Shown: piece by piece, positions 1 to 27,020 of the stretch
Position numbering within the stretch: the stretch's first letter is position 1
Layout of the letters: each line of letters begins with the position of its first letter
From: Amoebidium appalachense
Lineage: Eukaryota > Protista > Ichthyosporea
NCBI GenBank assembly: GCA_963693365.1
Contig: CAVNZM010000014.1
Span: 4,712,001 to 4,776,000, forward strand
Direction of reading: 5' to 3'
DNA: 64,000 bases
Made by a program: the position numbers and the translations under genes
The notes under the pieces: model-generated
Seen by the model: the letters and a program-made list of their open reading frames with translations, nothing else
Told to the model about the DNA's origin: nothing
Database searches by the model: none

Positions 1-71
1 GAGTGTGGCTCTGTCCTGCTTCCGTCAACAACTGGCGGCACGGCGCCCGCCAGCCGCAAAGTGGCAGGAGG
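1..71 (-). ncRNA. H/ACA-like snoRNA candidate, copy A (3' half runs off the window)
   Basis: Near-identical to the matching part of the copies at 413-546, 793-926 and 1310-1443; contains the 5' hairpin and hinge on the minus strand. Confidence 0.5.
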
Positions 72-412
72 GATAAACAATGCGTGTGTGTGCAAGTAAG
101 AGAGAGAGAGAGAGAGAGTGTGTGTGTGTGTGTGTGTGTGTGAGGTGCTGTTGGCGCCCACTGTGACGTACGCATGTGCGCTTGCAGGATCTGATAGTGA
201 GTGACTATGTACTGTGGTTGGTACACTCACACGTGTGCTGTGTGTGTGTGTGTGTGTGTGTGCGCAAGAGCAGGTAACCTACTCAGGTATGCACGCAAGC
301 GTGTGATCGCGTGCAAAAACGTGCAACTCGGCTCCCCAGCAAGCTGTGGCATACAGATATAACAAACAACCCAAACAACAAACGAAACAGGAAAACTGCC
401 ACACAACTACAA

Positions 413-546
413 ATATGTCCTCTCCATGCAGAGAGAAATCCCCCGCCACTGATTGGTGGGGCTTCCCAAGGAGGAGAGTGTGGCTCTGTCCTGCTTCCGT
501 CAACAACTGGCGGCACGGCGCCCACCAGCCGCAAAGTGGCAGGAGG
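413..546 (-). ncRNA. H/ACA-like snoRNA candidate, copy B
   Basis: Minus strand folds as hairpin (cctgc...gcagg), hinge (acagagccaca), hairpin (ctctcc...ggagag), then ACA plus 3 nt. Each hairpin has an internal loop. Stems use G-U pairs only on the minus strand. The H box is non-canonical (AGAGCCA). Confidence 0.6.
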
Positions 547-553
547 TAAGAAA

Positions 554-586
<33 letters not shown>

Positions 587-792
587 TGTACTCGTGCCTG
601 TGTGTTCGTGCGTGCGAAAGTGAAACTGCAAAATCTTGCACAGTGCGCTGTGATAAAAAGAAAAATGCCGCATTGCCGTTCAAAGGGTGAAAATACATGT
701 GTACACCGTAAACAAATCCTATCCAAATCATTATAGATGCTACTTCTGTACAAGAACAACGACAAACCGAACAAAAAACCATAAAAAGTAAA

Positions 793-926
793 ACATGTCC
801 GCTCCATGCAGAGAGAAATCTCCCGCCACTGATTGGCGGGACTTCCCAAGGAGGAGAGTGTGGCTCTGTCCTGCTTCCGTCAACAACTGGTGGCACGGCG
901 CCCGCCAGCCGCAAAGTGGCAGGAGG
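793..926 (-). ncRNA. H/ACA-like snoRNA candidate, copy C
   Basis: Same ~133-nt unit with a few substitutions; terminal ACA retained. Confidence 0.55.
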
Positions 927-1075
927 TAAAAAAGGTGCGTGGGCGTGTGTGTGTGTATGTGTATGTGTGTGTCGCGCACACGCGCGCGAGGAAGAGTATC
1001 ATTACACCAAGGTGTGTATAATGACGTGTCCGTGAGAGGGTGTATGGGTTAAGGTTTGTAAACTATAGTTGTGCA

Positions 1076-1108
<33 letters not shown>

Positions 1109-1309
1109 ACGTGTGTGTGTGTGTTTCTGTACGTGTGTGTGTGCGCCCGCACCAAAGCGCACACATCTTCAACTCAAATATGTCCAAGGACGTGCATTTC
1201 CGTTCAAGAGCAAAAGAAGTGTCCTTGTGTATGTCAGAAATGCTTAATGCTATAACGGGAGTCAAACCAGCCCAACCAATGAAATGTCCAAACAGTAGCA
1301 TAACCATAA

Positions 1310-1443
1310 ACATGTCCTCTCCATGCAGAGAGAAATTCCCCGCCACTGATTGGTGGGGCTTCCCAAGGAGGAGAGTGTGGCTCTGTCCTGCTTCCGTCAA
1401 CAACTGGCGGCACGGCGCCCGCCAGCCGCAAAGTGGCAGGAGA
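1310..1443 (-). ncRNA. H/ACA-like snoRNA candidate, copy D
   Basis: Same ~133-nt unit; terminal ACA retained; flanks unrelated to those of the other copies. Confidence 0.6.
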
Positions 1444-1801
1444 GGATGCACAATGTGTGTGTGCAAGTGTGTATGTGTGTGCTTGTGTGTAAAGTCCAGG
1501 AACACACCAGGGCGTGTGTGTGTATACGTGCATGTGCGTGTGTGTGGGTGTGGTGGTACTGCTCAATGTATAAAAACTCTGAGACGTAGACATGCTCGAT
1601 GAGGCAGAAGCCCGTGTCGACCAAAGCCGAATCCACGAGGTAGCAAAACAGTTGAAAAGCATAAAAATGAGCACAAGGCACCCCAAAACATTGTACACGT
1701 GGATAAGTGGATACGTCCGTGTGCATAGCTGTGTATACGTAGGTGTGTATGCGTGCGCGTGTCTTGTGTGTGCAGGCGTGTACGTGAGTACGTGTGCTTA
1801 C

Positions 1802-1927
1802 CGTCAATTCAGCAGCCGACAGAGGAGCGAACTCGGGTTTCTCGACTTCCATAGCGGTGTCCTTTGCGTCGTGTGTGGCCTGGGCAGCAGCCTGGACCTG
1901 TGCCGCATCAATAATGTCTACGTCCAT
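1802..1927 (-). CDS. PNO1: First coding exon of a probable PNO1/Dim2 40S biogenesis factor; the rest lies left of the window
   Basis: MDVDII...MEVEKPEFAPLSAAELT followed by a strong GTAAGC donor. KPxFxPLxAxE(M/L) resembles the Pno1/Dim2 segment just before the RKVPVPPHR motif. No further exon was found in 1-1800. Confidence 0.5.
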
Positions 1928-3270
1928 GTTTGCAATTGGAAAAGGGAAGCTAACCAGAAAGGGTTGCTACAACCGCGTGTGAAGCGTAAGGTTGGGTGGG
2001 TGTCTCTACAACGACGTGGGTGATAAAGGAGCAAGTGAAAATGTTGCCCCAGCAAGGTTATGTAAAGAATCTTTGACTAGGAAAATAGGCGTCTTTTAAC
2101 TACAGGATATGGTGGAAGACAGAATAAACGTGATAACAATGCCCACAAACCTAAACCAACAAGAGTTTCTAACGACCTCAATTTCACTTCACCACACTGT
2201 GAACGTGTGCAATGCTTACACGTGTACAGGTGTGCACCCCCTAGTGCAGAATGTACCCCCTAGATGACTTGCCTGTGCCATGCCAGTGCGGCAAAACAAC
2301 AAATCAATGGTTGATTTAAACCTAGGACACAGTCGCTATTTGGTAATTTACCACGGATTTAGTTTCTTTAAAGCAATCCTTAATCGCTTAGTATCATGTA
2401 TTAAATATTTTCATTATTCTTATCGTAGCAGATCAGTAGTGGCCCATTGATTGGTCAAGGATGAAGATTGACATATTGGTTTTCAGCATTTCTCCCAGTT
2501 AACCAAACATACAATATACTACAGTACTATTACTAGCGCTACTGTTATAACTGTAGAACAAACGTGGGTAAATTATTAAGCATTGGCAAAGAGAAATATC
2601 TTCTATAAACCACGTGCCTATTTTGTTTTTGTTTTTGTAACAATATAAAACATGCTAAGAGCACGGGGGTTACATTTTCTCATAGCACCAGAATCCCTGT
2701 GCACTGTGTGCTCCGTGATTCTTGATCCGATTTACCGGTTGGGATATGTTGAAGCTGTAAATTGCAGGATAGCTATGCAGCAGGTAAAGGCTCACCCCAA
2801 GGACTGAGGCTCCGAGTTGGCACACAACGCAGCAACCTGAACGGACCAGCAAAACCTTATATGTTCAAAAAAATCTCAAGGAGAGTTGGGCAAAAATAAT
2901 AGGCTCTTGTTTGGCCGCATAGAATCCAGAGGACATAAAGTATTTCCGTTCATGGTGTGTGCTCGACGCAAGGTCAGATTTATTTCACCCAGCCTTACAC
3001 GTACACACTCGTGCGTGCGCACGCACACTCGCACATTCGCATCTACGCAGACACACGTTAGGATTTGTGCAGAGGGCTCAAGCAAGGGGAAATACACGGC
3101 AATAAAACATATGTATGCCAGTAGAACGCGGAAGAAGTTACAGCAAAAGGCGGGCGCAAGTTTTGAGTTACCCGCACGACCACATGCCCACGCATTGACA
3201 CGTACACACCCGCTACACCGACACGCACGCACATACAAGCACACACACGACAACACGATCACGCGGCAAA

Positions 3271-14401
<11,131 letters not shown>

Positions 14402-14949
14402 TTGGTCCCACCCAACTATTTCTTTATAGAAATTTTAGTGGACACCAGTTATGCTCGGAAGAAATTTCTAGCACGAATATTATTGTTGAGCTGTCTGCTG
14501 CAAGAAGTTCAGTGATTTTCCTTCCAAAATTATGTTATTGTTGCCGCTTGTTCCCCCTTCTTTTCATTTTTTTTTTTCCTTTTTAAAAAATAAAAATAAA
14601 AAAATGTACTATGTTCTCGTTAATGCTACCCATGTGTGTGCCACAGTGTGTATGTGTGTACATATTGATGTGTTTTTGTTATTTCTCTGTATACGTATTA
14701 CGTCGTATTACGTAGTTTGTTGTTTGTATTTGAACCTCGTGTACTTTGTGAGAATATCGGGATGGTTCTTTTGTCAACGATATGGTTTTTTGTTGTTTCT
14801 CATACAGCACGTGTATCATTTATTTGCAGTATAAAGAACTGTGCTTATCTTTGCAATTGAGTATTTTAATAGTGATCAATATTTACGTATGGCTGACATA
14901 TGAAATCATTTTAACGACTATGTCGGTATTTCTCAGTGGCATGCGTGGT

Positions 14950-15139
14950 ATTTTTGCCTTGAATGGCGGTGTTCGAACAAAACCCGGGAAACATCTATGT
15001 GGAAAAAAACGCTGTGATCTGTAACGTTTATACCTTAGGCTATATCTCAAATTGGCGAATACATATGCGAAATGGAGACATGGACCCTATTGTGGCCGAC
15101 ACTTTTGCTATTTGGTTGTGTGTGTGTGTGGGCGTGTGC

Positions 15140-15214
<75 letters not shown>

Positions 15215-15291
15215 ATGTGTGTGCATGTGAATTTGTGTGTGCATGTGTCTGTGCGTGTGTGCGTGTGTGCGTGTGCATTTGTGTGTGTGTG

Positions 15292-15330
<39 letters not shown>

Positions 15331-15494
15331 GTGTGTGTGCGTGTGTGTGTGCGTGTGCGTGCGTGTGTGTGTGCGTGTGTGTGGATGGGAGTGTGCGCAC
15401 ACGGGCGTGTGTGCGTGTGACTGTGTGGGGCCAAGTTTGCGAGCATTATGAAACAAACAGCCACACAATTGTTGACCGACACGCACACACTTAT

Positions 15495-15545
<51 letters not shown>

Positions 15546-15641
15546 CGGTCCCTACCCCCCCCACCCCCCTCCCCCCGACCCCACCCATCCACACCCCCAT
15601 TCACCTACACACACACCTACACACGTCCAGCCACCCACGAA

Positions 15642-15690
<49 letters not shown>

Positions 15691-16173
15691 ACCCCCCCCC
15701 CTCCCGGCCCAACTTAAACTTAGCCTCAACACTTCCCCAACCACTCACCAGTCCCCCTCCCCCCTCCCCCAATCACACACACACACACACACACACACCA
15801 ACCCACCTATCACATTCACTCAACCACCCACGATCACTAATATACTGTAACATGCATATGTACACCCAAACTTAACCACCCACCCACCCCTTGTTTGTAA
15901 CTTTACTGTATTACGTAGTGTGGTTGTTTCTATTCGTGTACAAAGGTGCTCTGGATCAAACCAAAACTTCTCCTGGCCCCACCCAGCCACCAACCCGTCC
16001 ACGTGCACCACACTCCCCTGCCCTCCAGCCCCCCCTCCCCCCCCCCCCCCCCCCCCACACGCACGTATCCAATCGTCTTCATTTCTAACTCGCCCACATA
16101 CACCGTGACGGACTACCAAGCCACCTACCCACCGGTACCCATGCATGCACAATCCCACGATGTAGGTAGTAAC

Positions 16174-16221
<48 letters not shown>

Positions 16222-18510
16222 CTCCCTCCCCGCCCCTAATCCACCTGATAAACCCCATCCGAAGCATCGTATACGTCCACACTCATGATCCCGCCCCCCA
16301 CCCACTCCCCCTCCCCTCAAGCCACGTAACGTACTTTCCCCTTGACCCCACTCAACCAATCCCTCCCCCGCCAACCCGCCAACCCGTCCATGCACCACAA
16401 CACAATCAGTCCCCCCCTCCCCCCCCCCCCCCCCCCTCTCTCCCCCCCCCTTCCCAACGGATCCGGACACCCCTTCTGCACCTCTCCCCCCTGGCAGTGC
16501 CCCCACCCCTCAACCCTTTCCACTCCCCCCATTTCCCCTAATCAAACACAATAAATATGGAAAAACACAAAAAGGGACCTGCCTACATCATATGTTCCCC
16601 ATCCATCGGAGGAAGGAGGGGGTGGGAAGGGGGGGAGCATCACACCATCTATAAAAGACACGGTGTATGTCCACATGTGATGATATATATCTTGTAAGGT
16701 TTTATTAGCTCTGTGCCTTACTGAGTGGAAGTACTGTACATGTTGGCCTTAGTGCAGGGACCTCATAATTAATAAACAGTATGGCATACACATCTAGCCT
16801 TTCAAATGACAGAAAGAACGTCGATGTGTGCGTGCGTGTGTGGTGTGCGTGTGTGTGTACGTGCGTATATCTCTTTTTGCTAACTACAGAACATGGTAGC
16901 CACGAACTAATATTATCCTAAAATGACCCACTAAGGTACCTGTTTATCACATTCACCTGAATTGACACGGAGAAAGTAATTGTGAACCGTAGTTCATTCA
17001 CACAGAGTTCGAGTAGCCATCTGTATTAGGAACACCCACATGAAATCAACTTCTAATAACTTCTAGATCTGTAACCCCCCCCCAAAAACACACACACACA
17101 CACCCACGCACGCACGCATGCACGCACGCACCCACGTACGCACGCACGCACGCAAAAAGAAAAAGAACCCCTTTTCCTTGGCCCATTCAACCCTTAACCA
17201 CTGACAACCAGCACCACATCCCACCACCCACCCTCTCATTCACCAACCACCTACTATAGTCTATTCAAGGCACCAATACACACCTTAATCATGCAAAGCA
17301 CACCGAAGCAGGAGCCCCCTGACCAATCTATCTATATCCCCTTGTGCTATAAATACATGGACTCTGAACTAGGGTTTAGGCTGCTTTAATAGCCCACATT
17401 CACCTTTATACTATTAAAGATCTCCTGGACATCCTTCCTCTAAAGTCTCATTGCTGCTGCCCGTGTTCATCCCTCTGCACACACATAAGAAAAAAAAATT
17501 ATATAAGAAACAACTCCAATCACAAGGATGATATTGACTTTACATAAAGCGTGGGTTAAGACTTGACTAATCCAAGACAGACATGAAGAGGGAAAAAGAA
17601 GAAAGAAGGGAACAAAGGAGAAGGGGCGGTAGCGGTAGCGGGGGGGAAGGGGGCGGGGGAGGGGGGGATTGATGCATTAGAGGGTTGAACAAAGAAAGAA
17701 TGGAAGAAAGGACAAGGGGCTCTGCCAGCCTCAGGGAGGGAAGGGGGGGGGGGGGGGGGGGGGAGGGGGGGGGGGGGCGGGGGTTTTGATGTACTAGAGG
17801 GTTGGTATTATGGAAGAGGGAGGGGAGGGGGGGGGGGGGGGGGGGGGGGGGGGCGTGCGCGGTTTGAAATGAGAAGAAAATGGGCAAAAAAGGTGTGGTG
17901 GGTGATACAAAAGAGGAAGCCAGTAGGATGAGAGAGGGGTAGAAAGCGAGTAGGGAGGTGTGTGTGTGTGTGAATGTTGTTTATGTGCAGTTTGTGGGGA
18001 GGAGAAGAGGGGGGGGGGGGGGGGGGGGTTTGAATGCGTCAAAAAGTACGAAGTACACAAGAACAAACGGATAACACGATGCAGAATGCAAGCCATACAT
18101 AAAGAGTATGCATAATAAGCAGAGCCCATCCTCAGGGGGGGCCCACGGGGGGGGGGGGGGGGGGGGGGGGGGGTATAGACGAAAAGAAAAATAGGCAGAG
18201 AAACCGGGGGGGGGGGGTATAGACGAAAAGAAAAATAGGCAGAGAAAACAGGAGCAAGGAAAGAGAGCACGGAGGGAGGGGGGGAAGGGGGAGAGAGAGG
18301 GGAGGGGTGGGGTGGGGGGGTTGGGGGGGGGGGGGGGGGGGGGGGGGAGAGGGGGAGGGGGGGGGGGGGGGGGGGGGGGGGAGGGAAGGAGGGAGGGAGG
18401 GGAATGGGAGAAAGGAGCGAGGGAGGGCCGGGAGGGAGAGAGAAGGGATGCATTTTTGTTAGTTGGGCTCTTGCTTGACTGTTTCACCCCCTCCGGTCTG
18501 TAACTCTAGA

Positions 18511-18544
<34 letters not shown>

Positions 18545-21500
18545 TTCTATCTCTCTCTCTCTGTGTGTGTCAATCAAGTTTTCTGTCGCTCTCTCACACT
18601 TTCCCTCCATCGGCTACCATGCATGTGTTACGATGCTAGGTGCAACTGTATGTAACTCTATGGTGAATGTTCAAGGTCATATAAATATGTGTTGTGTGTG
18701 TGTGTGTGTGCGCGCGTGTGCGTGTACGCGTGTTTGTGTGCACTTTTGCGTGTGTAATGTGTAGGCCTAATGTGTGTATGTGTGAGGAACTCGGGGGGGG
18801 GGGGGGGGGGGGGGGGGGAGGAAGGGGGCAGATGGGGGGGGGGGGGGGGGGGGTTCTTACCGCGTCAAGCATTGCAATAAGAAGGTCTGCATTTGCGTTT
18901 TGGTACCCCTCCACCGAACAGGATACAAGACAACGGCACGACACTAGAGGCAGAAGGTCAATCGAGGGATTATCGATAAAGATTTCTCTGAGGGAAGGGT
19001 GCCCGGCCAGTAACCGTACGTTATCTACATTGGGCGTGTTACGAAGGCCCAAACTGTTCAAGTTGGTACAAAGTGAGAGTGCCGAAATGTCGCTCAGAGA
19101 AGCGCAGTCGCGCACGCTCACATGCGTCAGCGCCGTGTTTTCGCCCAAACAAGGCCCGAACGATTGGAGCTGCGGTAGTCTTTGAATCTCGGCGTGTATT
19201 AGGTGCGGGTGCGATGTAACGTTAAGACTGAACGGTGCTGCATGTGGCATGTGCATGCCAAAAACTACCAACTCCCTTAACGCTGTTATGTGGGCAAGAA
19301 CGTCACCGAATTGGTTCCAAACGAACCCCTGCCCAAAGTTAACCCCGGATGATATGTGCAAATATTGCAGCGCCTCCGCACTAAAATCAAGACCGAAGAT
19401 TGTATCTAGACTCTGTGTAGGGACTTCAAACTGTACTCGAGTTAGTGCCATGCCTTGGAAATTAACAATTGGAACATCCAAACTGTCACGCACAGAAACA
19501 CGCAGCTCACACAAAGCGGTGCATACAGAAAGATTGGAAATGTTTGCAACTTTCGCTTTGGCGGAGACATTTCGCAATTTGGGCGCCGGTGGAAGGAATA
19601 TCCGGTCGAAACTCTCAAACTTCAACTTCTCGAGATGCGGACAGGTGTCTACCCCTGAAAGGTCGAACGAGAGATCCGGACCATTCAGCTCCAACACTCT
19701 CAGGTTACGCCCGAGGCTCGCACTTAACGCATGGACAGAAGTGATTGGGGCCACAAAACTGTGACTTATGCAGATAAAAGTGGCCAAACCGTGCGCCGTT
19801 TCCATAAGATGGTTCAAGGCGCCCGGAGCTTCAAACGTGCAGCTTTGCAACGACACGTCCGTTACGTGTTTCATGTTGTAGCCGTCTGTGGTTGGGATGA
19901 CGGCAAACACTGACGTGTCAATGTGCCTAAGCACCGAGCATTTCTCCCACACCTGCCGAACAAAAAACCTGTCTACGTTACCGTTAAGTTTAACCTTTTC
20001 CAGACGCGAGCCCACACCCGCCAAAACCGCTTGAAACAGCATCTTTTCAGCCGCATTTACCCCACCAAAGCCGCTTTGCCACGCGATTTCAACGAGGCGA
20101 GGCAAGGAGCAAAGGATCTGAACTGTGCCCGCCCACCACATCTTTTCCACCCTGCGCTCACCTCCAAACCACTTACGCGTATCCAACCTCACACGACCCA
20201 CTATGGGACCCCATCGCCGCAAAAAACCCCAAAATGGCAAGAAATCCTCATGTTCGCAAACATGACCTTCGGCGTAGGAGAATGAAACGAGGCCTGCCTC
20301 GGGGGTGCGTGCAAGGTGGTCCAAGCGCTTGCACACACGAGTGGCGGTTAGACGACTTTTGTGGGGGAGCACACGTATGATGTGGACGGGAATCTCAGGG
20401 GGTAGAGCGGAGAGTGGGCAGCCTGTGGTAAAGGAAGGTGTATGTGAGTGAATGTGTGTGTTTGCGTGTGTGCGTGCGCGCATGTGTGTGCATGCGTGTG
20501 TGTGTGTCTGTGTGTGTGTGTGTGTGTTTGTGTGTGTGTGTGCAAGTGCGTGCGCATGTTTGCGTTTGGCCACACGTGAGTACAGTGTGTGTGCGTGTAC
20601 GACTGCATATGTGCATGTGGGTGGGTTGGGAGGGAGGGAGGGAGGGGGAGGGGGGGCGGGGGGGGTTGTGTGAGCACGTGGGGGGGGGGGGAGGGGAGGG
20701 GAGGGGGGAGGGGGGGGGGGGGGGGGTGGGGAGGAGGGGAGGTGTATAGATAACACTGTGTGTTTTGGATTCGTGTAGGCTCCGACAGGTTCCTGCACAT
20801 ATTAGGCAAACTCAGGAATTCCTAAGGAGGAGGGAGGGAGAGAGCAGCGGGTGGAAATAGGGAGGAGGAGAGGGGGGGGGGGGGGGGGAGGGGGCGGTGG
20901 AGAAGAGAGAAGAAGAGGGGGGGAGGGAGGGGAGGCAAGGAGGGAAGGAGAGAGGGGGAAGGAAGGGGCAAGGGAAGGAGGGAGGGAGGGAGGCCGGGAG
21001 GAAAGAGAGAGCGGGGGAGCGGGGGGGAGAGAGAAGGAAGGGAGACAGGAGGGTGGGAGGGAGGCAGGAAAGGAGAGATCGGGATGGAGAGGCAGGGTAA
21101 GGTAGGGAGGGAGGGCGCAAGGAAGGGAGGGATAGAAAGGGGACAGGAAGGATGGGGCCGTCTAAGGCTACACAAACACTACCCCTAATATATCCGTATT
21201 ATTGCTAGTGAAAGTACCATCCCTTAGAGCTTCAAACGTACACTATTGGTAGGTGGTATACGCTTGTGAAGCATGCGCGGTCAAATGCTCTTTCTCCTAG
21301 AATCTCCCCTCCCCTCAACAGCTTTCATCTAAGTTACAAGTGTGTGGCTGAGCAACTCACCCTTGCTTGTATCCTCTGGCTGCATGGCAGGCAGCGCTGG
21401 CTCTTCTTTCCTCGGCATATTCCAACCTCATTTAAAGAAATTTTGTGTGTGCTTGCTGCGTAAATTCTACTGCCAGAGGCTAACACAAGCACACGTCAAG

Positions 21501-21860
21501 ATTAGCTTGGAAGTTCGTTCTTTGAGGCTCAGACGCTCTCTCACTTCTCGTAACGTTTACAGCAAATTGTATATAACGTATAACTGGGCTTTTCACAATG
21601 GTAACAACAAAACTGACATGCACTAAGCTTGTAGGCGGCGCCGGCCGTTGCAGGCAACAAAGAATAAAAAAGCGCCGACTGAGAGAGCGAGAGGACGTAA
21701 ATTTCCCGCCAAATTAACACCCTCGATTGCTTGATACGATCGAGCATTTCACATGCTATTGCTGCGCTTGAATCCTCCGATCGAGGCTCAAATGTCATCA
21801 GGAGGCCTTGGCTTCAAACCCTGATCGGCTCCCAAGAATAGCTAAATATGGTTATTCATT
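14950..21860 (-). repeat. Left arm of a diverged inverted duplication (partner 24030-27020)
   Basis: Colinear inverted blocks: 21811-21860 vs 24030-24078; ~21620-21650 vs ~24255-24285; 20540-20830 vs 24580-24885; 16575-17075 vs 24940-25560; weaker 14955-15075 vs 26930-27015. Confidence 0.75.
18628..20800 (-). CDS. F-box / leucine-rich-repeat protein
   Basis: Large exon 18861-20422 (CAG acceptor, GTAAGA donor) encodes an F-box (LSALPPEIPVHIIRVLPHKSRLTATRVCKRL) and LRRs (LSDISALSLCTNLNSLGLRNT). Likely last exon 18628-18657 (SYIQLHLAS*). The 5' exon and ATG near 20800 are uncertain. Confidence 0.75.
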
Positions 21861-21981
21861 GTTTTGTGCACCAATCATCATAAGCTTTTTACAGGGCTCA
21901 ATAATTTTGTTTGCGCCACAGCCCGAGGAGAGGCCGGTGGTGGATGCAGGTTCTAGGTAAAGGACTGTGTGTGTGTGTGTG

Positions 21982-22020
<39 letters not shown>

Positions 22021-22199
22021 GGGGGGGGGGCAAGGGTGGTGGTGGTGGTGGGTGGGTGCGTAGAGGGCTGGGGAGGGGGGGGGAGGGGGTTGGTTTTAAA
22101 AAGCGTCTGAAATATTCCCGGTATTACTATCCGTGTGTGTGTGTGTGTGTGTGTGTGTCCATATATGGTACTATATTGCGGTTCAAACTCTGGTACAGT

Positions 22200-22500
22200 A
22201 TCATCTGGAGTCCAAAGAGTTGTGTTGATCTTATGCGTAAAGTACCAAAGGTCGATATTTACCTTTTACCGTATAGCTGACATAGGCAAATCATGTTATA
22301 GACTGTGTCGGCATTTCTCAGGGGCACCTGTTATATACGTATTCTTGTAGGGCGCTGTTAGAAAACCCGGCATCCCATATTTAGAAAAAAAATTGTAGTT
22401 ATTGGTAATTTTTAAACCTACGCCAAATTGACGAATACATGCATATGATATCACACTGCCAACAGACTTGGAACTTAATATGGCCGACACTTCTAATTTG
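22200..22500 (+). repeat. Third copy of the 14800-15110 segment, in direct orientation
   Basis: cgtatagctgacata...tgtcggcatttctca...aaaacccgg...caaattgacgaatacat...tggccgacactt matches cgtatggctgacata...tgtcggtatttctca...aaaacccgg...caaattggcgaatacat...tggccgacactt at 14886-15103. Confidence 0.75.
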
Positions 22501-22529
22501 TTCGGTGGGTGGGTGGGTGGGTGCGTAGG

Positions 22530-22597
<68 letters not shown>

Positions 22598-22784
22598 CTG
22601 CTAAGAAAAAAGCATGCATGTGCGCAACCATGTCTCCTGCACTGCAGTGAGCGTGTCTATGTGCGCGCATGCTCGTTTGTGTGTGCTTATATGCTCATTG
22701 TGTATGTTTGTTCTATCAAACACGTGCACACACTACGGCGTTACCCCCCCCCCCCCTCCCTCCCCCTCCCCCCCCTTCCCCCCC

Positions 22785-22840
<56 letters not shown>

Positions 22841-22843
<3 letters not shown>

Positions 22844-23533
22844 GCTAGAACCTGCATCCTCCACCGGCCTCTCCTCCCCATCCTCCCTTCTCGTATGCAT
22901 TCTCTTCACGTGTCCCTTCAACAAAGCATTCGTGTTAAATCCCCTCCCACATCCAACATAATCACACAAAAAGGGTCGGTCCGCTGTCTTTGTATGTTGC
23001 CTAGCATGATAATCCCTATGATGCTTCTGGATAAAAACCTTGTCACAACCCTCATAAGTGCAAGAATAAGGATACACACGATCGTGCACTAACAGGTGCT
23101 TATTCAACGTCTTGCTGTATCCAAAAACAACCCCACACCCCTCTCTCGGACATTTGTAAGGTTTTTCCTTCGTGTGTGAGCGCATGTGTAGAACGAGTTG
23201 GTTCCTTGACGTGAAAGACGAAGTGCATCCTCCCTCAGTGCACTTGAACGGTTTGTCGCCAGAGTGGGTGTAATTGTGCGTTTTTAAACCTCCTGAACTT
23301 GCGAACGTTCGTGGGCAGATGAGACAGTGATATTTTCTCTCCTTCATATGTACGGTGCTGATGTGCGTGGCTAGGTGGCCACTTTGTCTGAAGGTGGCAT
23401 CACAGCCTTGCTCTGTGCACTTGTAAGGTTTCTCGTCTGTGTGTGAAAGTATGTGTCTCTTCAAGTGGGACTCGCGCGTGTTTGTATACGTGCAAGGTGC
23501 GAAGGGGCACCCGTAGTAGACCTTTTCGACCAT
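22841..23533 (-). CDS. Intronless tandem C2H2 zinc-finger protein (7 fingers, 230 aa)
   Basis: Seven C-x2/4-C-x12-H-x3/4-H units with HTDEKPYKC, HSGDKPFKC and HTKEKPYKC linkers. Confidence 0.9.
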
Positions 23534-24029
23534 GTTTCTTTCTAATTTTGAGGTATCTATACGTAATACTGAAGGCTATTACTGAAAAGAGTTACTGTTT
23601 CACCACTGGAGATGGGAAGACATGATTTTGAAGGAGAAATGCCAAACGAAAGCAACCAAGTTTAATACAAATAGATAACGTGAGAGAAGGGGCCCTGGGT
23701 AAGAAGGTTCTCTTAAAAAACAACAAGGCGCTCTGTATGAATTCTGTTGTTGAACTCTTGTCCCACAAAATGCTGCCATGTATGTGTCCCATTACGAACT
23801 TACTTTCATTTTATAAAATATTTTCCTGGTTTATATTGTCCTCTTGCAAAATAATTGGGATCCAACCAACTTGTAGAATGTGTGTGTTTCCATGTTCATT
23901 GCAAGGCTCAACATTCACGTTTCTTCTTTTACATGTAACGGTTGGGCTGGTGGATCCGGAACTGTGGTGCGCACATAGTATACATATTCAACCCTGAGAG
24001 AACCCTACGATGATTGGTGTAGAAATAAC

Positions 24030-27020
<2,991 letters not shown>

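Noticed and set aside
1-1443. Repeat-spacer pattern as a CRISPR array
   Set aside because: Repeats are ~133 bp, spacers are 250-380 bp and contain microsatellites, the context is a eukaryotic intron, and there are no cas genes.
2670-2860. Short ORF or unique tract between PNO1 and RIC8
   Set aside because: No recognisable motif, splice structure or RNA fold; left unannotated.
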